Assembly (NCBI GenBank): GCA_963840745.1
Contig: CAWJAC010000005.1
Coordinates: 91,615-155,614, forward strand
Length of the DNA: 64,000 nt
Direction of reading: 5' to 3'
DNA from: Candidatus Zambryskiibacteriota bacterium
GTDB taxonomy: Bacteria > Patescibacteriota > Minisyncoccia > Phycocordibacterales > WO2-35-19
Part shown: positions 30,534 to 40,047 of the stretch, one piece after another
Position numbering within the stretch: position 1 is the stretch's first letter
Layout: each line of letters opens with the position of its first letter
The notes under the pieces: model-generated
Database searches by the model: none
Told to the model about the DNA's origin: nothing
What the model saw: only the letters and a program-made list of their open reading frames with translations
Position numbers and translations under genes: made by a program

Positions 30534-30986
30534 CTACCACCCGGAGACGCACCGCACGGCGTAGGCGATATTCTTGCCGTTGCCGTTGCCCGGCACACCA
30601 GTGCTGAAATTGACGTTCCAAGCGTTCGTGGCACTGTACTCAGTAGAGCTCCAGTACATGGAGGTTCCGAAATTATTCCCGAATTTTGTCGCGCGGTAAG
30701 TGTATATGGCATTCAATTCATCAATTGTCGGCAATCGACCACCGATGGCTTTGCAAGCGTCTCGGGCCGCATAACTGCTGAAATTTATGGTGTTGTCGGC
30801 TTTCAGATTGTCTCCGTCCTGCCCGCCATCGATGCCGCATTGCGGCCTATCACAAGCCGTGTTGGTCGGTTTCCAGGCGTAAGCTTGTCCTCCGGGTAAG
30901 AGAAGTGGTGGCAACCAAAATATAATTTCCATCACCCAGACGATCGATAATGACATCATCGTAACCGGTGCCGCAAAACCAAACAT
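30534..30986 (-). CDS. DGR-1 variable target protein, DUF1566/C-type-lectin-like C-terminus
   Basis: GGRLPTIDELNAIY...MYWSSTEYSATNAWNVNFSTGVPGNGNGKNIAYAVRCVSGW. The 5' end is uncertain: frames upstream suggest a fusion with 30989-31171. Confidence 0.85.
   Translation of the reverse strand: MFGFAAPVTMMSLSIVWVMEIIFWLPPLLLPGGQAYAWKPTNTACDRPQCGIDGGQDGDNLKADNTINFSSYAARDACKAIGGRLPTIDELNAIYTYRATKFGNNFGTSMYWSSTEYSATNAWNVNFSTGVPGNGNGKNIAYAVRCVSGW
30540..30663 (-). repeat. DGR-1 variable repeat (VR)
   Basis: Covers the last ~41 codons of the target. Differs from the TR at + positions 30568, 30577, 30578, 30583, 30584, 30589, 30590, 30638 and 30657 only. Confidence 0.92.
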
Positions 30987-30988
30987 TG

Positions 30989-31171
30989 CTATCGCAAGTT
31001 CTGCTCGCTAAGACGTGCTACACCGGCGCCGGTATCAACCGTAGCATGCCAAGTGCTCGCCACTTTGGTGGAAGTAGAAAAGTCATCGCTCACCGTGAAA
31101 GCATACAATATCAGATAATAACCTGAAAATGCCAGCCCGATTATTCCGATGAAAATCACTCCGAATCGCAT
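30989..31171 (-). CDS. TM-anchor ORF, probably the 5' part of the DGR-1 target
   Basis: MRFGVIFIGIIGLAFSGYYLILYAF membrane anchor, ending 2 nt before the target ORF. A third frame in between reads CDSNVWFCGTGYDDVIIDRLGDGNYILVATT. Confidence 0.45.
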   Translation of the reverse strand: MRFGVIFIGIIGLAFSGYYLILYAFTVSDDFSTSTKVASTWHATVDTGAGVARLSEQNLR

Positions 31172-31355
31172 AGCTTTTATTTTGGGCGATAGTTTTTATT
31201 ATGTTCGTTATTTTTTTCATCATAAACGTTTGGTTAAATTATTAATTATTTTTATTATAACATTATTTTTTGTCCACATTATTACTTGACATTGTTTTTG
31301 GGTTTGATATGCTTGATCTATCCTTAGAAAACGCCGGCCTGTACGGCGTTTTCCT

Positions 31356-31961
31356 TTATATCTCTTTCTTTATCCTCATTTTCAAATCGTTAATATCAAT
31401 AAAGAAAACGTTTTTTCTGTTCTCGGCAATCAAATTTCGGAGTTTCGTTGAAAATCTAGAAATTGAATAACGAGGACCGCTTTTTATTTTTTTGGCATTG
31501 GAAACAATATGAACAATTGATCCATTTTCAATTACTTTTTTTATCAAATATTCAAAATCCCCGTCTCCAGTAAAAATGTAAAATTCAGAATCCGCTCCGG
31601 CACATTCCATAGCATCAACTGTCAAATCAACATCACAATTTGATTTTCTGTTATAACCCATATCGATTGTTTCTGAAAACTCATTGCCACATTTTGGGCA
31701 TTTAATTTTTATATTTTTATTTATATTTTTGTATGAAAATACCACTTTTGATCTAACAATTCCTCCGTCTTTCAATAGGAGTTCAAATTCTTTTTCGGTT
31801 TCTGAATCACCCGCATCTATGCCGGTATAAAAGAATACTTTTTCACATTTCCAATCATTTTTCAGGAATTTAAATAATTTTCTCCAATCTACCAAAAATC
31901 CCAAGACTTTTCGAGTAGTTGTCTCGGTGTTTTGAACATCTATAAAAGCAAATTTTTGCAT
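31356..31961 (-). CDS. NYN (LabA/DUF88-like) domain nuclease with inserted Zn-ribbon
   Basis: FIDVQN...FYTG...CDVDLTVDAM...IFTGDGDFEYL pattern, with CPKC insert. Confidence 0.7.
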   Translation of the reverse strand: MQKFAFIDVQNTETTTRKVLGFLVDWRKLFKFLKNDWKCEKVFFYTGIDAGDSETEKEFELLLKDGGIVRSKVVFSYKNINKNIKIKCPKCGNEFSETIDMGYNRKSNCDVDLTVDAMECAGADSEFYIFTGDGDFEYLIKKVIENGSIVHIVSNAKKIKSGPRYSISRFSTKLRNLIAENRKNVFFIDINDLKMRIKKEI

Positions 31962-32155
31962 ATGTTTATATTAACAAAATATTTGCACAATTTCTATAAT
32001 ATTAGTATTTTTAAAATAAAGAAGTTTAGAAAAGGCTGCACTTTACAGTCTTTTCTTTTTGATAATTCACTTCATTCAACTTCTCCCCTTTCCCCTCCCC
32101 TTTGACAAGGGGAGGGGCAGTCCGAGGAACGAGGACGGGGTGAGGTCGTTCTTAT

Positions 32156-34540
32156 TTAATTCCCTCCTTGTATCGGCGGTTCTATATTTTTAACTGGAGC
32201 ACTACTGGCTGGAGTATTGACGCTTGGAAATATTGATTTACCCGCTTTCATTTCAGATAATATGGTGCTCACTTCCTGATTGCCGGGGTTGGTAGCGCTT
32301 AAATCTGCAAACTGCTTTATGGCTTCATCTTTTCTGCCAAGCTGATAATAGGAAAGTCCCAGGTAGTATTGAGCATTGGCATAATTAGGAACTAAACTGG
32401 TTGCTTTTTCTAGGCTAGCCGCTGCGCCGGCAAAATCTTTTTGGTTGTATTCAAGCAGCCCCAATTGGAAATAAAGCCCGGAATTAGTCGGGTCAAGCAC
32501 GGTCGCCGACTGTACCGACTTCACAGCGTTAGGAATATCACCAGAAGCTATCTGAAGTTGAGCTAGAATATAATAAGCATCAGTGTAATTGCTTTTTAGG
32601 CTCAAAGCTTTGGCTACATCAGCTTTGGCAGTAGTAAAATCTCCAGCCAGAGCATCGAGCCTCCCCAGAGCCAGCGGCACCGAAGGATTGTTTGGGGAAA
32701 GAAGAGCTGCTTCTCCATAAGCGCCGCGAGCGCTATCTATGGAGCCGGCAATACCGTTCCCCGCCAGCACTTCATAAACCCTGCCGAGAGCAAACCAGTT
32801 TTGGAAATTACCGGGATCTATTTCTGTCGCTTTTTTAGCGGCCGCCACAGAGTTTCCAATCAGCCCTTGTATTTGGATCTTTACGGTGTCCGTAATCTGA
32901 TTTTGATTGGTAATGCCTCCCATGACATTGCTTAAATCAATGAGGGATATTTCGGTCAAGCCTCGCCAATAAACATCGCTTGGCACCATATTGATAGACT
33001 TGGCGACCGCGTCTTTGGCCAGCACCGTGTTGCCGGTACTTTGATATGCCAGTACTCCATTTTGGAAGATAACTGATGCTATTGCTCTTTCCCAAACAAA
33101 GTAACCGCCGGCAACAGAGACAATAAGCAAAACCACAATGGAAAGAACTGAAATAAAGTTGGTCTTTGGATTGGAAAATATATTTATCTTCCAAAGTCCT
33201 ATTATGCCTTGAGGCACTAAAGTGACCGTAAAGAGTCCGGTAAATATGAAGGCCAGCGCCAAAACAGCAATGCTTGGGGTGTAAAGGAAAAGCATAACCC
33301 AAAAATAGAGAGAGACCATGAAAGAAGAGACGGAGAGATATCTAGAGCGATTGGAGTTTGCTTGCGCAAATATAGCTTTGACACCACTGCCAACATACAT
33401 AACCATAAAGGCGAGCAAAGAGAGGAGACCCAAGAGGCCGGTAGTAATGGCTACGGTCGGTACAAAGCCAGAACCGGAATAAAAGTCGTCATTCCAAAAC
33501 TGCGTTTGATTTATATCTACCGGCTTGTGAGCCGCCCAAAACTCTGCAAAGCGATTTGGACCGATGCCGAGAGCAACATTTTGTTTCCAAGCGCTTATTG
33601 TTAAGTTCATGGTAGTCTGAAAATTAGGCCTGACTTCGGTTGTCTGCACTTTCATTACTTGTGAAAGATAGCCGCCAATACCGGTGCCGCCAAGCAAAAG
33701 AATAACTGAAGCTATCAAAACAGCCAGAGATGAAAGAGAGATTTTGCGATTATTTTCGGGAAGTTGTTCAACATCGTTCAATTTCGGCACAGGGACGACA
33801 GACCACGACAAAATATAGACAAAGAAAACCAGAGAAATGATGCCGAGCATTAAAACTGTCGGCATAAAATTTGCCGCCCCTATAAATAATATAGAGTAAG
33901 CCATGAGGACATACATAATGATTCTCATCTTCTTTGATACTTCGGTCATATTGAGAGCGCAAAGAGAAAATATGGTAGCAGCACCCAAAATAATAGCCGT
34001 ATCAATCACTCCGCCAGTGAGGAAAAGAGGCATTCTCGAAGCGACAAAGGCTGGTAAGAAGGACGCTCCAAAAGTACCGAGCAAAGTATAAACGACCAAA
34101 ACAGCGGTTGAATAAATAAAAGCCGAGATAACTTTACCCACCACTCCAATACTCCTAACCACCATTATCGTCATAAACATAGCAAAAACCAGCATCAAAA
34201 TTGAGCCGGAAGTGCCAAGATCAAATATTGAACCGACAATAGAAGCGCTGATGGCTCCAGAAAAAGCCGAAGACACCAGACAAATAACAGCAAACAAAAA
34301 CATCGGCAATAGATATTTAACTTTGGGTATTTCAATGACGCCAGTCGAAAGAACTGACGATAAGAAGACGGCAAATATTGCCACCAACCCCGTGGCTAGA
34401 AGCGTTATTTTGGCCACATACAAACTAACAGAAGCCCCGGGTACAAAAAAAACTGGCAAAAGAAAAACAAAGATTGCCAGAATGAGCCCCAACTTTTTAA
34501 CTAACACATTACCCGAACTACTTTGCACATTTTGTTCCAT
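32156..34540 (-). CDS. polytopic O-antigen-ligase-like membrane protein with C-terminal TPR repeats
   Basis: 794 aa with more than 12 TMs. Wzy_C-like loop (GIGPNRFAEFW). At least 6 TPR units at the C-terminus (..NPNNPSVPLALGRLDALAGDF..). Confidence 0.65.
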   Translation of the reverse strand: MEQNVQSSSGNVLVKKLGLILAIFVFLLPVFFVPGASVSLYVAKITLLATGLVAIFAVFLSSVLSTGVIEIPKVKYLLPMFLFAVICLVSSAFSGAISASIVGSIFDLGTSGSILMLVFAMFMTIMVVRSIGVVGKVISAFIYSTAVLVVYTLLGTFGASFLPAFVASRMPLFLTGGVIDTAIILGAATIFSLCALNMTEVSKKMRIIMYVLMAYSILFIGAANFMPTVLMLGIISLVFFVYILSWSVVPVPKLNDVEQLPENNRKISLSSLAVLIASVILLLGGTGIGGYLSQVMKVQTTEVRPNFQTTMNLTISAWKQNVALGIGPNRFAEFWAAHKPVDINQTQFWNDDFYSGSGFVPTVAITTGLLGLLSLLAFMVMYVGSGVKAIFAQANSNRSRYLSVSSFMVSLYFWVMLFLYTPSIAVLALAFIFTGLFTVTLVPQGIIGLWKINIFSNPKTNFISVLSIVVLLIVSVAGGYFVWERAIASVIFQNGVLAYQSTGNTVLAKDAVAKSINMVPSDVYWRGLTEISLIDLSNVMGGITNQNQITDTVKIQIQGLIGNSVAAAKKATEIDPGNFQNWFALGRVYEVLAGNGIAGSIDSARGAYGEAALLSPNNPSVPLALGRLDALAGDFTTAKADVAKALSLKSNYTDAYYILAQLQIASGDIPNAVKSVQSATVLDPTNSGLYFQLGLLEYNQKDFAGAAASLEKATSLVPNYANAQYYLGLSYYQLGRKDEAIKQFADLSATNPGNQEVSTILSEMKAGKSIFPSVNTPASSAPVKNIEPPIQGGN

Positions 34541-34730
34541 ATTATGACCCCTTCTGCTAGGTGCCTTGGCACTTCACATCCTCGCCTCAATCGCGTCAGA
34601 CGCGAAAGGGTAATTAAACAGGGTTATTAAGAACTAATAATTTTACTAATTAAAGAACATTTTCTCTGTCTCCATTCTACTATTTTACAGCAATTTAACC
34701 ATTTAAATATGTTGATAACTTTAATTAAAT

Positions 34731-35237
34731 TTAAGGGGTTGAGTTTCCGGTATTTCCTGAAGTGCCGCTATTTAGAGGAGCAACTTCCACTATTATATTA
34801 TTTATCGGATCATAGAGGATGGCTTTTTGGGCTTTAGTATAGATTAAAACTTTGTCGCCATTCTGAGCGTTAGCGAAGAACGGCTGGCCACGAAGTTTTT
34901 CTACGTCTGATATGGTCGCTACGGTTGGCTCTTCACTTTCCGGTAAAACAATGAGCTTGCCTACTTCTGCCACAATCTTTTGGACTTCGCCGGCTACAGC
35001 CGTCGGCGATCCGGACTCCAATTTTTTAGCTTTAAAATAAAAATTGACAGCCGCGCCAACGGAAACAACAACTATTAAAAGAATAATGGCATAAAAAACA
35101 TTTTGCTTTTTTATTTTTTGCCATATTTTAGGGTTGACTGGATTAGTTTTATTCTTCTCTTCTACTTTATTCGGCTCTTCTAGTTTTTCCGGTTCTATTG
35201 GCTCTTCTATTGGTTTGTTAAATCTTAAATCTTCCAC
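34731..35237 (-). CDS. membrane-anchored hypothetical protein
   Basis: 168 aa with an acidic/Pro-rich N-terminus, one TM and an extracytoplasmic domain. Confidence 0.5.
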   Translation of the reverse strand: MEDLRFNKPIEEPIEPEKLEEPNKVEEKNKTNPVNPKIWQKIKKQNVFYAIILLIVVVSVGAAVNFYFKAKKLESGSPTAVAGEVQKIVAEVGKLIVLPESEEPTVATISDVEKLRGQPFFANAQNGDKVLIYTKAQKAILYDPINNIIVEVAPLNSGTSGNTGNSTP

Positions 35238-35740
35238 ATTTTTAATTTTACCACAATTTTATTTTTCAGTACCATTGGGTCCTGCAATTTTTTATCAATT
35301 TTTGTTTCTTGTTGTTTGGTTTCTTTAAATCTTTTCCAAGATCTCTCCAAATGGAACATTTTCACCCGGCCTTCTGCGTATCGGCCGATAATATCGTCTA
35401 TCAAACCCGTATCAACTTTTGAACCATAGACTCCTTTAATCTGCTCCAAATAAACAATCATTTTGTTGCAGCTAGCCATAGCTTTTTCAAGCAAACTCAC
35501 TCCGCCTTTGAAATCGGCAAACCTTGTGCTATGCGCCTCTCCTATATATAGAGGCACAGACATACTGCAGTTCAGCATATTTTCCAAATAGTCGTATTTC
35601 AATCTTGCCAATTTCGGCTTCATATCTTTGGCGATTAAACAGGCGCATTCCATTGATTTTTGGTAAACATCTAAATCGCGAAAAGAGCGCACTGGTTTTT
35701 TGGGGACAAACGCTTTTTTGTAATTATTTTGATAAGTCAT
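35225..35740 (-). CDS. four-helix-bundle protein (23S rRNA IVS / Avd-related family)
   Basis: FRDLDVYQKSMECA...SVPLYIGEAHSTRF..F..LLEKAMASCNKMIVYLEQ. No RT or TR nearby. Confidence 0.7.
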   Translation of the reverse strand: MTYQNNYKKAFVPKKPVRSFRDLDVYQKSMECACLIAKDMKPKLARLKYDYLENMLNCSMSVPLYIGEAHSTRFADFKGGVSLLEKAMASCNKMIVYLEQIKGVYGSKVDTGLIDDIIGRYAEGRVKMFHLERSWKRFKETKQQETKIDKKLQDPMVLKNKIVVKLKMWKI

Positions 35741-35744
35741 ATTT

Positions 35745-37064
35745 TTATTTGTCTCTTCGGCTCAATGCCATGTCAATTTCGGCACGGGGACGAATAATTT
35801 TCAATTCATTTTCTTTTGGCACTTCGGCCATAGTGCCGTCGCGATAAAATACTCGCCTTTTCTTTTTTGTTTTATCAGATATTTTTTTGACTACATGAAG
35901 CGGATAAAACTGATAATAATCTTTTTCGTCAAACCAGGCGCAGACGAAGTTGAAAATCCGCAGGCCGGTCAGCCGCGACATAGCCAGAGCATACCAAGTG
36001 AGCTGTTCAATCGGTTTTTCCTTACTGGCATTTGGCTTGTAATCAAGCAAATGAATTTGGCCATTCCTAATTTGCACTATATCTATGTGTCCCGTCAATA
36101 ATTTTGGCATCTTTCTTGGATTTTTATCACCTTTTATTTCTATCATGCCCTCATTGCTGATTTTGAAATGCAAAACATTTTCCATATGCTCTACATCTTC
36201 GCGGCGAATGTAGACCGGCACTTCGGTAGCCACGGTGCAGCTATCATTGGCCAGCATAAACCTCTGCAATTCTTCATGGCGCTGTTTGTTGTCCGGTATG
36301 GATTGCAAAACAAAGGCGGTCAACCGATTGGCGTAATTAAATTTGGAACGAACTATCATATCGGCCTTATCAAATTTGCTGCGAATCTCCGACATCCTCT
36401 CGCCGTCTTGGAAATACTGATGGGGCGTCTCGCTGGAAACATTGTCCAAATAACTTTTGAGCGGCGAGAGCACGCGATTTTTGAATTCATCCAGCATTAA
36501 AATAGTTTTGGCCCGGTGATATCTGAATCTGTAAAGTTGGCGATGAGCCATGGTCGTCACTTCTATCACCTCTTTAGGACCAAACAATTTAATTGCGTAC
36601 GGCCGCAGTCTTTCGTATCGGCAAAGCTCCTTGTATTCATTTATCCAATCCGAAAGAGTGGCCGGCTCCGGTGCCACTCCGAATTTCTTTTTTATAATCC
36701 GGCAAGTTTCTTCAAGTGTCAGCCCCAAATTGTAATAACTCATTGATTCAATAATAATGTGCAAGGGGAAATGCTTGCCTTTTATATCCTGCGCCGTGAA
36801 AGTGCGGCCGCATCCTTCATTTTTGCACAAATACAATTGCACGGTTTGATTTACATTTTTCCTTACTCCCCTTTTGACGAAATTTTTGGATAGGCAGTAG
36901 GGGCAGATTTCGGCGGCCCGCTCCCGAAATTGACTTGGGTTGACAGCAGGAGCCTCTTTCTCTTCATTCATAACACCCCCTAACCCCCTCTTATCCTTAA
37001 GAGGGGGCACAAAAACATCCAGAATTTTATCCCACATTTTGGTTATTCTATTCATTGTATGCAC
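35745..37064 (-). CDS. InsA-like Zn-ribbon/HTH fused to a PD-(D/E)XK nuclease-like domain
   Basis: CPYC..x..CKNEGCGRTF then HTH (LTLEETCRIIKKKFG). C-terminal GHIDIVQ...IHLLDYKP (D..D/ExK). The probable true start is MNEEKE at 36971, downstream of a GC hairpin. Confidence 0.55.
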   Translation of the reverse strand: MHTMNRITKMWDKILDVFVPPLKDKRGLGGVMNEEKEAPAVNPSQFRERAAEICPYCLSKNFVKRGVRKNVNQTVQLYLCKNEGCGRTFTAQDIKGKHFPLHIIIESMSYYNLGLTLEETCRIIKKKFGVAPEPATLSDWINEYKELCRYERLRPYAIKLFGPKEVIEVTTMAHRQLYRFRYHRAKTILMLDEFKNRVLSPLKSYLDNVSSETPHQYFQDGERMSEIRSKFDKADMIVRSKFNYANRLTAFVLQSIPDNKQRHEELQRFMLANDSCTVATEVPVYIRREDVEHMENVLHFKISNEGMIEIKGDKNPRKMPKLLTGHIDIVQIRNGQIHLLDYKPNASKEKPIEQLTWYALAMSRLTGLRIFNFVCAWFDEKDYYQFYPLHVVKKISDKTKKKRRVFYRDGTMAEVPKENELKIIRPRAEIDMALSRRDK

Positions 37065-37094
37065 TCATATTAACAAAATATTTGTTGTATTTTA

Positions 37095-37334
37095 CTATTT
37101 ATAAAAAATCCCAAATATTTTGTCTTGAGGAAAAATTCTTTTCAGAGATCGAATGATAGCTTTTAATGTTCCTCTATCGATTTCTTTATGGAGAGGTATC
37201 GTTATAAATGTCCTTAAATCAGAGTCATTTTTTACGAGTCTAACATGGCTTCCTTTTTGTCGAATCACTTCAAAACCTTCTTTGACTAAAATCTTCAAAA
37301 GATTTTCTCCGGAAATTCTGCGAAGCTTAGGCAT
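37095..37334 (-). CDS. hicA: type II toxin HicA
   Basis: 79 aa. SGENLLKILVKEGFEVIRQKGSHVRL. Confidence 0.85.
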   Translation of the reverse strand: MPKLRRISGENLLKILVKEGFEVIRQKGSHVRLVKNDSDLRTFITIPLHKEIDRGTLKAIIRSLKRIFPQDKIFGIFYK

Positions 37335-37545
37335 AGGCGATTTTAGAAAAATCCATATTCATCATGACGGGAGGAAATGATTTCGCATTATCAGTATCTT
37401 CAATACTTACTTCTACCGCCTCTTTGATATTTAGAACTAATTCTTCAAAGGTTTTTCCTTGTGTAAATATGGCCTCTTCATCAGCCGAGGCAATATAAAA
37501 ACCATCCTCTCCTTTTGTTATTGTAAAATTGATTATCTTATTCAT
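37327..37545 (-). CDS. hicB: type II antitoxin HicB-like
   Basis: MNKIINFTITKGEDGFYIASADE..IFTQGKTFEELVLNIKEAVE. Overlaps hicA by 8 nt. Confidence 0.8.
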   Translation of the reverse strand: MNKIINFTITKGEDGFYIASADEEAIFTQGKTFEELVLNIKEAVEVSIEDTDNAKSFPPVMMNMDFSKIAYA

Positions 37546-37827
37546 ACTTCTATTATACCATACTCCATTTAAAAAAAATACTCTTTCCCATATCACGACA
37601 TTGGCTCATCAAAATCTCACGCTTTTCGGAGATTTTGGCACCTTGAGTGCTATCCGTGATATGAAAAAGAGTATTTTATTTGACATTTGGCAAATTTCAT
37701 TTCCCTTCCTAACCTCTCCAACTCCCCTTACTTTAAGGGGAGGGTTCGGAAGGAACAATTTCGGTAGTAGTTGAAGCGGTTGATTCAATCACTATCGGTG
37801 TTGTAGAAGCGACTACCGAAACCTCTA

Positions 37828-40047
37828 TCACTGCCGGTGTCGTAGTTGATGTGTCAGAAATGGTAGAAGTAGAAACTCCGGCAACTTCTGGCACAACGTG
37901 CGGTAGTGGCAGGAGATAATTGTAATCGTTCGAAAGTATCTCATTGTCGGCACCGCGATAGAACTAAACACCTTAGCCGATTTCACGGCCAGAGCGGTCC
38001 AGCTGAAAGGAACGTCTGTCGGAGCCGGTTTGTTGAGAAGAATAGTGAAGCCTTTTTCTGATTTATTGGTCACCAAAAATCTCACATCATTCGAGAAAAT
38101 CTGTTCTTCAATATTATTTCCACCAACCGGCATGGTGGAAGTAGCGGCCTGCGGTGAGCCTGTCGAATCCGTTGAGGAAGCCGCATCAAATGAAATAGTA
38201 GTGTTGACGATCGGCTGTTCCAAATATTCTCTATCAAATGTTACTTCTACTTCCCTACTGCCCGCCTTGACCACAGCAAACCCGGCCGTGTCTTTGGTGA
38301 AGTATGGTCGGCCTATAAATTCGGTATCCGACATGAGGCTTAAGTAATCACTGACAGATGAAATCTGATCTACATGCAAACCATTATTTAAAGTCAAAGG
38401 AGCGTCAATAGTAAGGCCATTTGGGTTCCCGAACATTGCGTTTATATCGATTGCTCCAGTACTGCTAGCGGTTTTCGCGGTTTCCAATATTTTTAACCTA
38501 TCACTCAAATCAGCAAAATTAAGCACCAATTTATCGGTAGTGGAAGCCAAAATATTTAAAGAATTTTCCAAACTCTCAAGAGTCAAAGAAGTGCTTGATG
38601 AAATTTGATTCAAATTTGCAAGTGAAGTTCCAATGTCTTTAACATTAAATCCGCTCGCCGTAACTTGACCGACAAAAGAAGCGTTGCCAAAAGCGTCAAC
38701 AGTAATGGCCGGCAAATCAACGCCTCGATATGAAGATTTCAAAGTGGAAGTGCCGTTAAGAGCATCTAACACATCAACAGCTCCGCCAATTTGTTTGATA
38801 GCGTTTAAAGCGACGGCAGACAGCGAACCGTAGTCAACGGTCATTGACCCGCTTGTGCCGTAAACCACTTCAGGAATTGTATTTTGGAGCTCTTGGGCTA
38901 TAAAGCCGAGGCCGGGCTGGCCGTTGGCTTTGTAATTAAATTCCCGCGGTTCAAGTTGCATGGCTGTAGCCAAACCATATCTCAAATCGGCGACATTGTA
39001 TTTGTAGGCGGCATCAGAAGAGTTGGTCCACACGCCGGTTGTGGTAAGTGTCGCCGTAGTTGTAGTTGATTGGAAAGAGAGGGTGCCGTCGGTAGACATC
39101 CAGAGCGAACGATACGAATTTCCGCTCTGCGGAGTCGGAGAAAGAGTCAAACCTCCGTTCTGATCATTAGAACTTTGAACAATTGCTAGTTTACCCCACG
39201 GACTCGTCGTCCCGATGCCGACATTGCCGTGGCCATCTATTCTCATTCTTTCCCCAAGCCCATTAATGTCTGAATTATAGGTAGAAAAAGCCATATATCC
39301 GTTAGTTATCGTAGCGCCAAGCCCAGCAGTAATGCGTTGTGTTTCTGTTAACCCGTTTCCTGCATACCACGAAATATGGGAAGTTAAGTTTAAGCCGTTA
39401 GCGTAATTGAGTCTTAAGGCTTCAGCATCAACAGCTTGCCCCGATTGGTCCAATGTCAAAAGTGGGTTAGTAGCAAGTTGCCCTGCGCCAGGCTGGATAA
39501 GGACATTTGTTTTGCCAGTGATAGCCGTTGCATCTTGAATAAACAGAGTTTGATTTGCCGTTCCTCCATTTGGCTGAACTTGCAAAGTATATGTCGGCGT
39601 GCTCGTCCCGATGCCGACGTTGCCTGCATTTGTTACGACTAAACCAGTTCCACTTGACCCACTGACATTTAACGCCTGATTAGTATTTAAAATATCGGCA
39701 CCAAGAATCTGCAATTTAGCTGATGGGGTCGCGATTCCCATGCCGATATTGCCTGAATTTTGCTGCACTACAAACTGATTTATGCCAATTGTCAAACCAC
39801 CCGTTGAAATTGTTGAGGTGGCCACCGTGCTGGTGGCATTAAAATTACCAAAGGTCGGAGTGGAGGTGGCTACAATTGCTCCAGTTCCATTTGTTGAGAG
39901 TATTGAGTTGATGGCACAGCGGATAAAGTGACAGCACCGGTAATGGGGACGGAAAATCCGGTGGCCGTTAAGATACCGGTTGAAGGAACAAAAGATAATT
40001 TTGTTGTGGAAATTTTTGCCGCGGTGTTGCCTGCAGCGGTAGTCCAA
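37828..40047 (-). CDS. giant tail-fibre-like surface protein, fragment 6 of 6 (contains S74 intramolecular-chaperone-like domain)
   Basis: GN(I/V)G(M/I)G(I/T)..P..KL motifs. S74-like WTNSSDAAYKYNVADLRYGLATAMQLEPREFNYK...GFIAQELQNTIPEVV...VDYGSLSAVALNAIKQ at about 38785-39030. True frame runs from about 39915 to about 37950. A further frame runs to TAA 37734-37736. Confidence 0.65.
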   Translation of the reverse strand: MDYRCRQHRGKNFHNKIIFCSFNRYLNGHRIFRPHYRCCHFIRCAINSILSTNGTGAIVATSTPTFGNFNATSTVATSTISTGGLTIGINQFVVQQNSGNIGMGIATPSAKLQILGADILNTNQALNVSGSSGTGLVVTNAGNVGIGTSTPTYTLQVQPNGGTANQTLFIQDATAITGKTNVLIQPGAGQLATNPLLTLDQSGQAVDAEALRLNYANGLNLTSHISWYAGNGLTETQRITAGLGATITNGYMAFSTYNSDINGLGERMRIDGHGNVGIGTTSPWGKLAIVQSSNDQNGGLTLSPTPQSGNSYRSLWMSTDGTLSFQSTTTTATLTTTGVWTNSSDAAYKYNVADLRYGLATAMQLEPREFNYKANGQPGLGFIAQELQNTIPEVVYGTSGSMTVDYGSLSAVALNAIKQIGGAVDVLDALNGTSTLKSSYRGVDLPAITVDAFGNASFVGQVTASGFNVKDIGTSLANLNQISSSTSLTLESLENSLNILASTTDKLVLNFADLSDRLKILETAKTASSTGAIDINAMFGNPNGLTIDAPLTLNNGLHVDQISSVSDYLSLMSDTEFIGRPYFTKDTAGFAVVKAGSREVEVTFDREYLEQPIVNTTISFDAASSTDSTGSPQAATSTMPVGGNNIEEQIFSNDVRFLVTNKSEKGFTILLNKPAPTDVPFSWTALAVKSAKVFSSIAVPTMRYFRTITIISCHYRTLCQKLPEFLLLPFLTHQLRHRQ

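Noticed and set aside
35225-35740. A third DGR, suggested by a third Avd-like four-helix-bundle gene.
   Set aside because: There is no reverse transcriptase, no AAC-rich repeat and no TR/VR pair within several kb. This family also occurs as stand-alone genes.
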